DNA from: Hydrolagus colliei
Taxonomy: Eukaryota
DNA length: 64,000 nt
Direction: 5' to 3'
Assembly: GCA_035084275.1 (NCBI GenBank)
Contig: CM068757.1
Coordinates: 15,438,001-15,502,000, forward strand
Shown: positions 49,501-61,500 of the stretch, piece by piece
Layout of the letters: every line of letters begins with the position of its first letter
How positions within the stretch are numbered: the stretch's first letter is position 1
Made by a program: the position numbers and the translations under genes
Notes under the pieces: model-generated
The model's input: the letters and a program-made list of their open reading frames with translations, nothing else
Told to the model about the DNA's origin: nothing
Database searches by the model: none

Positions 49501-52500
49501 ATTGGTCATTCACTCCATGACTGTTGGTGGGACACTGCTGTGCGCAATTGGCTGCCGCGATTCGCCCACAAATATACAGTCAATTCACTTTACAGTATAT
49601 TCTGTGAAGCGTTTTGGGACGTTGATAAGATGTGAAAAGCGCTATATCAAATGCAAAGATTATTAGAGAGGCATGGTGGAAGCTAGACTAGAATTTCTGA
49701 GGGAGTGGAGGGAAAGATGGGAATGGAATTGCGTGGCAACAACACGTTCCAAGGCTTTGAAATAGCAAGGGTAGGTTGACTATGGGATGAGTTTGGAAAG
49801 ATTAAGGGTAGTTTGAGGAGGTGGTGACTATTTAATTTTCATCATGTTAATAATATTGATTGTATAGTGTATTTATCGATGTAGAATCAATGGAATCAAC
49901 ATAAATATTGTTAATAGCTTTGTTAATTCTAATAGTAGAACATGGTATTACAAACAAGGATTTTGATCAGAATGTATACCTCTCTGTGTACTCCATCAGG
50001 TCCCATGCATCCTTCTGTAGACAGAAACAAACATACTTCCGCTTAGACTAAAACTTTTCTGACTGTACATAAGTAACATTTGAAATCACATCTAAAAAAT
50101 AGAAAAAAATGAGAATTATTTAGAATATTTACCCCATTTGTCTACACATATATCACTCCCGGGGCTGAAATTGATGGTATTGCCTGGACAGAAGCATCCT
50201 TCTGGCTGTAGAACATTTTCATTGCTTTTAAAAAAAAATACTGTTAATAATAATTGTTTAAACAAATCATATTCCAACTTTACCAATGTGTTAGTTTTTG
50301 GTATTGTAACTAACCTTGAAGTGCAAGTTTGTTCCTTAGAACTCTCACATGTTTTGTAAATCTTGTTTGCTGGACATTTGAAGGCTGTATTGAAGAATAA
50401 GAAAGAAAACATTAACTCAGAATAATGAATAAGTGTGTTGCAAAACTACAGTTGGAGGATATGGTTGATAAGGGGACCTGCTTTTCCTTCTCCTCAGCTC
50501 CAGAGGGACATCTTAACACACAGCATCCTCTCTGCGCTGCATCCACCCAACTGTGGTTCTTGCCGCTGCCATGAGAGGACAGTTGTTGAGGAGGCAGGGA
50601 GTGGCAGCCCGAAGTTGGAAATGGTTCTCAGACTAGATTAAATCATCCCCTAGACTGGATGCGGCCCACGGTTGGCAAGTTGGACCACTATGGTGTATGT
50701 AGTTATGTATCTAAATCTGTAAGATTCAGATACATTTGGAATTGAAAGCTTATTTGTTAATTGGAAATAGATTCAGTGTGATACCTGATATATTTCCGTT
50801 CTTATTTTGTGGCGACTAAAGAGCGATTTCCCGTGGTTTTATTGAGTTAGTCCGAGCTTGATCTTTTGTGCTAATATCTTTTCCCTCATGCTGCTGAGAC
50901 CCTCATTCATGCAATCATTATGTCCAGGCTTGACAATGCTAACTCCCTGCTCACTGGACTTCCTAATTCTTTCCTCCACAAGCCGCAGATTATTGCAAAT
51001 TGTCCTGTCTTAAATCAAGCTTGCCGGGCTCCATTGGCTCCCAATCCCTCAAAGGATTGAGTTTAAAATCCTCCTTTTCACTTTTAAAGTTCCCTATGGT
51101 CTTACACCTCCTTTTTAACACTGTACCAACCTGTCCAGTCCCTTTACTTGGTGGGCACTGGCCTGTTTCTTGTCCTCCACACTGCCTGCCCATCATTGAT
51201 TTCAGCTTTTCTACACCCACCCCCTGGTACTCCATCGTGAATTCCTCTGGCTCATCCTCTCACTTGCCTTCTTCAAGGCCTGTCTCAACAACTTCTTCTT
51301 TGACCATGCTTTCGGCCACCCTCTACCCTTCATTCATCTTGATTCCATCCCCCAGCTCAGGTGCAAACCCATAATTATCCAGCAGCTTAGAATATCCTTC
51401 CATTTTGTAAGGCACTTGTAAAGTTGTTGTTCCTAAGGTACAGAATAATTAAATAAGTCATGTATTTTGTTTTACTTACAGCATTGTCCTCCGGTGTAAT
51501 TTCTCCAGTCAATGCAGAGTTGTTTCTTTGACATGCACTCAGCTGCATACATTTGCAAACTACTGCATGCCTTTTGGGTATCTTGGTTTACACATCCATC
51601 AATGACGCAAGCATCGTAGTAAAAGTTTGATGAAAAGCCATGGTCGCACAATTCAAACAATCTGAAAGCATTAAGCATCATTCATTAGGCTTCCAGATGA
51701 ATTATTGTTCAACACATTATTGATATAAACGAAACATTCTGTTTCCTCCTCCAAGAGTTTGTTCATTCATTAAATTATTTATTTATTTAATTAATTAAAG
51801 TGGAGTTTTATTAAATGTAAACAATTTTCTGAAATAAATCTGTTTACTAGATCCAGTAGAAATTCCACAATGGTAGATTTATAGCTTTTCCATTTGACTT
51901 TGGCCATTTTTTTTATCAAGCATGTCTAGCGGACTTTACAGCATTGCCCCTATGTCCCATTAAAACCTTCATATCATGTATTGTATTTGTTAGATGCAGA
52001 GAAGCATCCTCAACTGTATCGAGGGCTACTCACAGAAGAAAATCAATTATAGTACTTACAGCTTTACAATGGCTTTTGGAATTAGACTTTAATTAAATAA
52101 TTTTCTACAATTCCATGGTATCTTAAGGTGTCAGCCCTTCTGAATTGAAACCACTTATTTCTGACTGAGGAAATGATAGTCTCAAGTCTGATGTCAGGAC
52201 CTTTAAAATCATATAATCTGTGCTGACACTACAATGCAATCCTGGGGTGGGCTGCATTGTTGGAGCTGTTGTCCTTCAGAAAAGATGTTAAAACCAAGTT
52301 CCTCTTTCGAGATGGTGTTAAAGATCCCATAGAACTACTGTATTGAAAGTAATCAGTCAAAATGACCTTCAATGTTTAGAAAAGTTTAAATATTTGGCAC
52401 AGTCCAATCCCTTACTTGCTTTTAAACAGGTTGCAGACAGAATTTGAGCTGCAAGGATGTTGTGTTATTTGGTCATTGGGTGTCACTTGGGGTCGTGGAG

Positions 52501-55500
52501 TTGCAGGTGGTGAGGGTGGAGCATTACAGTTTGGCTTGTTGGGATCGTTGATTTGCCAGTGAGCAGCCATTTCAGAGCAGGAGGATGCCTGATTTCCATT
52601 TGGTAGCATACAGTCATCACTTTGGTCATTAGTGCATGTTCCTGTGAAGACATGATATGAGAGCATGTCAATTATATTTATATAGATGTATTCAAAATAT
52701 TCTTTAATGGATATTACACTTAATCGTTTGTGAATTGCACTTATCCTACTTTGTATTTCACCCACACAACACACACTATAATTTTACAGTATATCCTGTG
52801 AAGTGCATTGAGACTCTTTGATGACGTAAAAAGATTAAGTAGAAGGATTATTACATTTCATATGAAAGTTGGATGAACAAACCCATAAGTGATCTTGATC
52901 TGATCATAGAATCGTAGAATTATACAGCACAGAAGGAGGCCATTTGGCCCAACTTGTCTGTGCTGGCTCTTTGAATAAAGCTATCCTAATCAATCTCACT
53001 TCCCCATGCTCTTCCCATAGCCTTGCAAACCTGTCCTTCCCAAATAATTTTCTACCTCTCTCTTAAAAGTTGTTACCAAATCGGCTTCCACCACTCTTTG
53101 ATTATGGCTTTGCTATATATATATATATCACCAACATTTTTTTCTTTTATAAGTCAAAGCTCTTAAGTGCCCTTTTTAATGAATAAGAAAACAAAGAGCA
53201 TTCTTACCACACTGTCCCTGTGTATTGTTTCCAAAAAATTTGTTTGGGAGTTTGACTGAGAAACCCATGCCATTGAAGATAATCTGTGCCTCTATTTCAG
53301 GAATTTCTACTGTTACATGAGTGGTTAAACTGAAGATGCTCACTCCATAATTTGAGTATGGCAGTGAAACATTAGTTCCTTTTACAGTCACCTGGTGATA
53401 GAATAAAGAATCAAAAAATTATGTTTAATTAGCACATGGCTGTAGTCTAGTAACACATACGGTAAAATATTCCTATGGAAGAATAGATGTAAAAATGATA
53501 GTTACCAGAAATTGACCTCCATTCGTACTATTGTTTTTTATTTGTATTTCTACTTTGTTGAATTTAACAATCATGGTACGTGGACAGGATGATCCTTCCT
53601 GTGCATTGCATTCATAATTGTCGATGTAAACTCCAAAGTTATGTACTGCATTGATTTCCTCTACGAGAACATAAGTACAACTTCCTTCATAATTGTACTG
53701 TTGCCCATCAAATGTAACATAATGTGAGCCACCCCATCCGCTGCAATGGCCTGTGTGAACATTATGTTTGGTTAATATTCATTTAATCTCAGTAACAATG
53801 TAACATTGCCTCACTCAAAAAAAGACATTAAAAGCTTATTTTGTATTTGTCGGAAACGTTATGTTCATGCAGGGACAGGCCCTTACAGTGGGGTTTCTCA
53901 TTCTAAGCATTTCTTCCTAAAGTAATTATATTCCCTGAGAAGTGGAAAATAACTCCCATTTTAGAATTCGCTTCATTTTCAGATAATCATTCTCCTCAAT
54001 TGATGGTGCTGACTCTTGCTGTTGTTCAGGTATTTTCTGAAATACCTTTCTTAATGCACTCTACCTATCACACTTTGGCTTACAAGGTTCACAGGAGCTG
54101 AGTGGGAAGAATTCCTGCCACACCAAGGTCTGCGAATGCGCTTGGTGTACTTATCTGTAATCAGCAGTGCCATTGAGACTGGCACAGAAATTAATTCTAA
54201 AATTCTGTTAGCAAGCACATTTGGAGCCAGTTCAGCTCCAAAGATGCCCCACCTAGATGTGTGTCTAAGCTGCACAACAACAACAAAATTACATTTATAG
54301 AGCGCCTTTCACGTCAGGAGGACAGTCAGGACACAAGTATGCTGGGAATGTTTTCCTTCATTTAATGCTGATCATGCTCATCAACAAAAAGCTTGCAGGG
54401 AGTTTCCTGGTGCCTGTTTTCCTAGAGAGGGTTCAAACCTTTTCTTGTTGGATGTCAAATCACCAGCTTAGCTGGCTTCAAGTTGATGTGCTGTGTTGGA
54501 ATGGAGTCTACTTTGACAAACTTATTCATTTTTCTTATGATAATAATATTGATATTCAATTATATGTACTACAGTGCTTTTATGTAAAGTTCACCCTCTC
54601 AAATCTTAAGGTTTTTAAAAGTATGTATACAAAGCAAAACCAGAAGATGTCTGGCAGACATTTTTTGGCACCCAAAGTAAGTAAGGGGAATTAAGTTAAG
54701 TATTGGTGTAAAATATTCTCATGGGATAACATTCAAACATAACAAAACATTATATAAACAAAATATTTCCATCATATATCATTATTCAAATGTACATAAT
54801 AAGCAAATGATTACATGAAATGGAAAATATTTGGAAAAATGTGCTTTTAGAAAGGATTCCATGCAATTTGAAAATACTTACAGCTACATTCAGATTGGAG
54901 ACAGCAGTGGTACTCATCATAAACTTGGGCAGGTGAATAGCCATTGGCACAGATGATATTTTCAACAGGGGGACATACTATAGGTGTTATAGCTACTACA
55001 TTATTTATGATGCATGTTGCCATGAGACAGTCACAGATATGCCAGGTCTCATTATGCTAAATTAAAGAAAAGTACAGAAGTTAAAAGGACCTTGATAAAT
55101 TCACTTACAAAATATCAAACATTTGTTATCAGTTAGTAAGTCTTGACAACCATAAATGCATTGTTCAATCAGTTATCTAAATCTCCGACAATTAGGATAT
55201 GTACAATAATACACATGTAAGTTGCACTTATTTTATAGCTACTATGTTGGTTCTTGCTCATTCGCATTTTTTTTATATCAGGTAGTTTGTGGATTATTGT
55301 TCAGTCATATTTTCCTCTCCAAAAACACCATCCTAAACATTATTTCTGTATTTCTTATTGTGTTAAAATCAAAATTAATTGCATTAACCTATTCTTTTCT
55401 AGGACCTCAATAACTGGTTAACCTCTGAGACTGATATAGAGGAGGTGCCTAGCTGGGAGACACACCTGAAATGTGAAATACTTACCAGTCTTGGCGGATC

Positions 55501-58500
55501 AAAATCAGGACAATCTGGTGTTGTGGTTATTGTGGATTCAACTGTTGTTTGTTCAGCAGTAGTCATAGATTCGGTTGATGTTTCAGTCTTGGAGCTTGTA
55601 GTTGGTTGAGTTGTTATGCTGACACAAGGTTCAATATGTTTTTCGATAATGCATGTTTCATTACAGAATGCCCAAATACAGTACCCTGTTTTATCAGTGT
55701 AGTTGTACAAAATTGCACCTAAAATGTACACAAAAGATGATGTTTCATAGTAGAAATAGTTCAAACTTATTTAGTTATTATCACAGAAAACATTAACCTA
55801 AACAATTGTAAACACACTGTGTCTACAATAAAATGAATATTTTACACCTAATGGATGTTTCAAAGCATAATTTTAATTAAGATGTTCAAAAAGGAAGTTG
55901 AATTCTTAAGAAAAAAAAGGTTATAACAGACAAAATGTATTTCCAGGATATGATAACTAAGTTTTTGAAAGAGATTATAGATTTAATGTCTTTGTGGAGA
56001 CCTGTAGCTCAGTGGTTAGAGCACTTGTCTTGCAAGGAAGAGGTTCGATTCCAGGCAAGGCGGAACCTTAGGCAAGTTTCCTTACTCCACACGCCTACTA
56101 ATAATCCCTCAAAAAAAACAATAACGAATTGGTCATTTCAATCCATGTCTATTTGTGTGCAATTGGGTGTCGCGTTTTGCTTACACATACAGTCAATTCA
56201 CTTTACAGTATACTACGTGAACCGCTTTGAGATGTCTAGAAGACGTGAAAAGTGCTACATCAAATGCAAGGTAATCCTTGCATTTGATGTAGCACTTTTC
56301 ACGTCTTCTCATTATTATACTTTCAGGATTCTCTCTCTACCACCTTTTCATCAAACTTCCCATTAAACTGGAGCAACTGGGATTTTTTTCCATTTGAACA
56401 AAAAAGGTTGAGAGATTTGGTTGATTGAAGTTTGGGGGTATTTAAAACTCTGAAAAGTTTTCACAGTCAACAGAGGGTTTGTTGTTATTTGAGGTTTTTA
56501 AAATTATGAAGGGTTTTCATGGAGTCAATAGGTAGAAATTGTTTGCACCATTAGTTGTGACTTGAATGCAACAATTGAGCAAATGAGAAGATTAAATGCT
56601 GTGAGTAGTGTTTGATGTAGAATCCATATTAGCTTTCAAAAGGGAACTAGATAAATATCTGATATGGAGTAAGATACATAGATTTGGGGGTAAGGGCGGA
56701 TAAATTAAATTGAAGAGATTTGAATTGCTCTTTTCAAAGGGCCAGCACAGACTCGATGGGTCAAATGGCCTCCTTTTGTGCCGTAACATTCTATGATTTG
56801 TCTTATAAGAACCAACACCAACAGAATGGTCTGAATGCTATTCTTCTGTGCTGCAAATATCTGTGGTTCCATGGCGCATTTCCTTATTGTAACTTTTAAG
56901 TAATTCAATATAGATGTCAGCCTGACTCAATTAGTAGTATTCGTGCATCTGAGCCAGAAAAGTATGAGTTCAAGCTTCATGTTGGAAGTGTGAGCTCAGT
57001 TGATGATGACACGCACATTTAGTGTTGGAGGAGGGTTGTAATGTTGGAGGTACCGATCTTCCGATAATATGTTGAAATCAAGTTTACATTTACTTGTTTA
57101 GATGGATATTAAAGGTACTATCATACTATTTGAAAAAGTGAAGGCAGGTTTTCTCCAACAACAATCCACCAGATAAAAAAATGATAAGTCACCTTGTCAA
57201 ATGCAAGGATTATGATTAGAATTAATAACTTTAATGTTATTAAATATAGCAATAATATAATGCTTAGTTTGTAATAGTTATTGGTTTGAATTTTCTGGAA
57301 CACATTAAAAGTATTATACTATGATCTGCACAGGGGAACACAGATATGTTTTTACTCTGAAATGTTCAATTTCAAGATCTCAAAATTAAATACAGGACAG
57401 GGTTTACCTATTTTGCGAATTGTGCTAGAGTTCCTAACTTCCTCACTATTTGATGTTTTGGCAAAGAGAGGCGAAGAAGTGAAATAAAAAATTTAAAACA
57501 TGAATAAAACATAATTTACCTTGTGGATAGACTGTGCCATTCAAGATACAGAAGCATTCTGTAGTAGAAGGCAAATATCTTGTACTCGGTGAAGTGGAGG
57601 AAGAAAATAATACCGAACTAGAGGTAAATGCAGAACTACTTGAAGGAAACTTGATAGTAGTTCCAGTTAAGGAAGTTGTTGGTGTGAGTGTGGATGGGGT
57701 TACTGCAACAGTAATAGTGGCAATTGTCGTCCATACAGTGGAGGTGCTAGATGATACGTTCCTTGTAGTCACACTGCTAGATGTAACTGAAATAGAAGGC
57801 GATTGAGATGGAGTTGTGAAGGAAGCTGGTGATTCTGGAGACAATGTTGTCTGAAGAGATTTTTCGGACGTAGTGCTTGTCAGTTCTGTGGTCTCTGCAA
57901 CATCAGTTGTTTCTGACATTTCTGTTGTACAAATTGTAGTTGTCTCTGTGTAAGCAGTTGGTGATGATGTTGCAGGAGTTGCTGTCGAGACAGAAGTGCT
58001 GGTTGTTGTAGACGGTATAGATGGAGTAACATGGCTTACAGGTGATGAAGGAATTGAAGTTATTTCTGTGGGTGATTCTGTTGTGAACGTAGATGACTGA
58101 GAAACAGTTGTGTACGTTGCTTCTGTTTTGACTGGAGGAAATGTTTTGGAGACCATGGGGGTGCTTGTTGTTGGTGAAGCTGTTGGAACACTTGCACTTG
58201 GAGTTGTTGATGGAGTTCCAGCAGTTGGTGTGGAGCCAGCAGTGCTGATTGTCTCAGGTGTTTTTGATCCTGGTGAGGTTGATGATAGAATTGGTGTCTC
58301 TGTCATTACAGAAGTCGTGCCTGAAGAAGTTGTTGTTTCAATGACTTTAGTTGTGGATAGTGCAGACGTAGAAAAGGAGCTCTTGCTTGTTTCTTCAGTA
58401 GGGCTAGGAGGAGTGGGTCCAGTACTAGTTGTGGACGTGGGGGTTGCAGAAGAAGGAGTACCAATGGATACAGTTGGAGTCGTTGGGTTAATAATTACAG

Positions 58501-61500
58501 TGGTGGAAGATGTATGTGGAGAAATATTGGTCTTGGTGCTTGTTTCTGCAGTGGCGTTTGGAAAAGTTGGTGGAGTTCCAGGTGTGCTCTTGGGCGTTGG
58601 AGACGACGGAGTACCTGTGGATCTGGTAGGAGATGGCTCAGTTATTTCAGTGATGAATGGTGTTGATGTAGAAAATGTTCCTTCCTCTGGTGTACCAGTC
58701 TGTATTTCTCCAATAGGTGGTGTTGTTATGGAGTGAATGGTTGTTTTCTGTGTGCTAGATGATGTTGTTGGTGGGCCAGCGGTGCTTGTTGTTGTGGGTG
58801 TTTCGGATGGTGTAACTGTGGGTGTCCCAGTTGTGGTTGGGGTCGAAGTGGAAGGAGTGGTTGATGTGCTGCTTGTTGCTTCTGTTGGAGTTGTTGGAAC
58901 ACCTATGGTTGTTGTTGGTGTGTGTGTTGTTGGTGTGTGTGTCGGACTCTCTGTCGTTTCTGTGGGTTCGGATGTACAGATTGTGGTTGTTTCCTCTGTG
59001 CTAGCTGATGTTGTTGGCGGGCCAGGGGTGCTCGTTGTTTTGGGTGTTTTGGATGGTGTAACTGTGGGTGTCCCAGTCGTGCTCAATGATGTTGATGGTG
59101 GAAACGGCGTCCCTGTACTAACAGATGTTGATGGAGTTGAAGTTGACAATATTGGTGTTTGAGTGGTTGAAAAGGTAGATGGAGAAAATGTGCTCTTGCT
59201 GCTTGTTCCTTCAGTTGGTGTAGTGGATGGAGTTCCAATTGTTGTGGTTGGCGTCGAAGTGGTAGGAGTGGTTGTTGTCCTACTTGTTCCTTCTGTTGGA
59301 GTTGTTGGAATGCCTGTGGGTGTTGCTGTTGATATTGTAGTGGTCGAGCTGGGGGGTGGAACCTTTGGTGTTTCTGTGGTTTTGGATGTAGAGATTGTGG
59401 TTGTTTCCTCTGTGCTAGATGATGTTGTTGGTGGGCCAGCGGTGCTTGTTGTTGTGGGTGTTTTGGGTGGTGTAACTGTGGGTGTCCCAGTTGTGGTTGG
59501 GGTCGAAGTAGAAGGAGTGGTTGATGTGCTGCTTGTTCCTTCTGTTGGAGTTGTTGGAATACCTATGGTTGTTGTTTTTGTGTGTGTTGTTGGTGTGTGT
59601 GTCGGACTCTCTGTCGTTTCTGTGGGTTCGGATGTACAGATTGTGGTTGTTTCCTCTGTGCTAGCTGATGTTGTTGGCGGGCCAGGGGTGCTCGTTGTTT
59701 TGGATGGTGTAACTGTGGGTGTCCCAGTCGTGCTCAATGATGTTGATGGTGGAAACGGCGTCCCTGTGCTAACAGATGTTGATTGAGTTGAAGTTGACAA
59801 TGTTGGTGTTTGAGTGGTTGATAAGGTAGATGGAGAAAACGTGCTCTTGCTGCTTGTTCCTTCGATTGGTGCAGTGGATGGAGTTCCAATTGTTGTGGTT
59901 GGGGTTGAAGTGGTAGGAGTGGTTGTTGTCCTACTTGTTCCTTCTGTTGGAGTTGTTGGAATGCCTGTGGGTGTTGTTGGTGTGTGTGTTGAAGTTGTAG
60001 TGGTCGGACTCTCTGTCGTTTCTGTGGTTTTGGATGTAGAGATTGTGGTTGTTTCCTCTGTGCTAGATGATGTTGTTGGTGGACTAGCGGTGCTTGTTGT
60101 TGTGGGTGTTTTGGATGGTGTAACTGTGGGTGTCCCAGTTGTGGTTGGGGTCGAAGTAGAAGGAGTGGTTGATGTGCTGCTTGTTCCTTCTGTTGGCGTT
60201 GTTGGAAAACCTATGGTTGTTGTTGGTGTGTGTGTTGTAGTGGTCGGACTCTCTGTCGTTTCTGTGGGTTCGGATGTACAGATTGTGGTTGTTTCCTCTG
60301 TGCTAGCTGATGTTGTTGGCGGGCCAGGGGTGCTCGTTGTTTTGGGTGTTTTGGATGGTGTAACTGTGGGTGTCCCAGTCGTGCTCAATGATGTTGATGG
60401 TGGAAACGGCGTCCCTGTACTAACAGATGTTGATGGAGTTGAAGTTGACAATATTGGTGTTTGAGTGGTTGATAAGGTAGATGGAGAAAATGTGCTCTTG
60501 CTGCTTGTTCCTTCAGTTGGTGTAGTGGATGGAGTTCCAATTGTTGTGGTTGGCGTCGAAGTGGTAGGAGTGGTTGTTGTCCTACTTGTTCCTTCTGTTG
60601 GAGTTGTTGGAATGCCTGTGGGTGTTGCTGTTGATATTGTAGTGGTCGAGCTGGGGGGTGGAACCTTTGGTGTTTCTGTGGTTTTGGATGTAGAGATTGT
60701 GGTTGTTTCCTCTGTGCTAGATGATGTTGTTGGTGGGCCAGCGGTGCTTGTTGTTGTGGGTGTTTTGGGTGGTGTAACTGTGGGTGTCCCAGTTGTGGTT
60801 GGGGTCGAAGTAGAAGGAGTGGTTGATGTGCTGCTTGTTCCTTCTGTTGGAGTTGTTGGAATACCTATGGTTGTTGTTGGTGTGTTTGTTGTTGGTGTGT
60901 GTGTCGGACTCTCTGTCGTTTCTGTGGGTTCGGATGTACAGATTGTGGTTGTTTCCTCTGTGCTAGCTGATGTTGTTGGCGGGCCAGGGGTGCTCGTTGT
61001 TTTGGATGGTGTAACTGTGGGTGTCCCAGTCGTGCTCAATGATGTTGATGGTGGAAACGGCGTCCCTGTGCTAACAGATGTTGATTGAGTTGAAGTTGAC
61101 AATGTTGGTGTTTGAGTGGTTGATAAGGTAGATGGAGAAAACGTGCTCTTGCTGCTTGTTCCTTCGATTGGTGCAGTGGATGGAGTTCCAATTGTTGTGG
61201 TTGGGGTTGAAGTGGTAGGAGTGGTTGTTGTCCTACTTGTTCCTTCTGTTGGAGTTGTTGGAATGCCTGTGGGTGTTGTTGGTGTGTGTGTTGAAGTTGT
61301 AGTGGTCGGACTCTCTGTCGTTTCTGTGGTTTTGGATGTAGAGATTGTGGTTGTTTCCTCTGTGCTAGATGATGTTGTTGGTGGACTAGCGGTGCTTGTT
61401 GTTGTGGGTGTTTTGGATGGTGTAACTGTGGGTGTCCCAGTTGTGGTTGGGGTCGAAGTAGAAGGAGTGGTTGATGTGCTGCTTGTTCCTTCTGTTGGCG

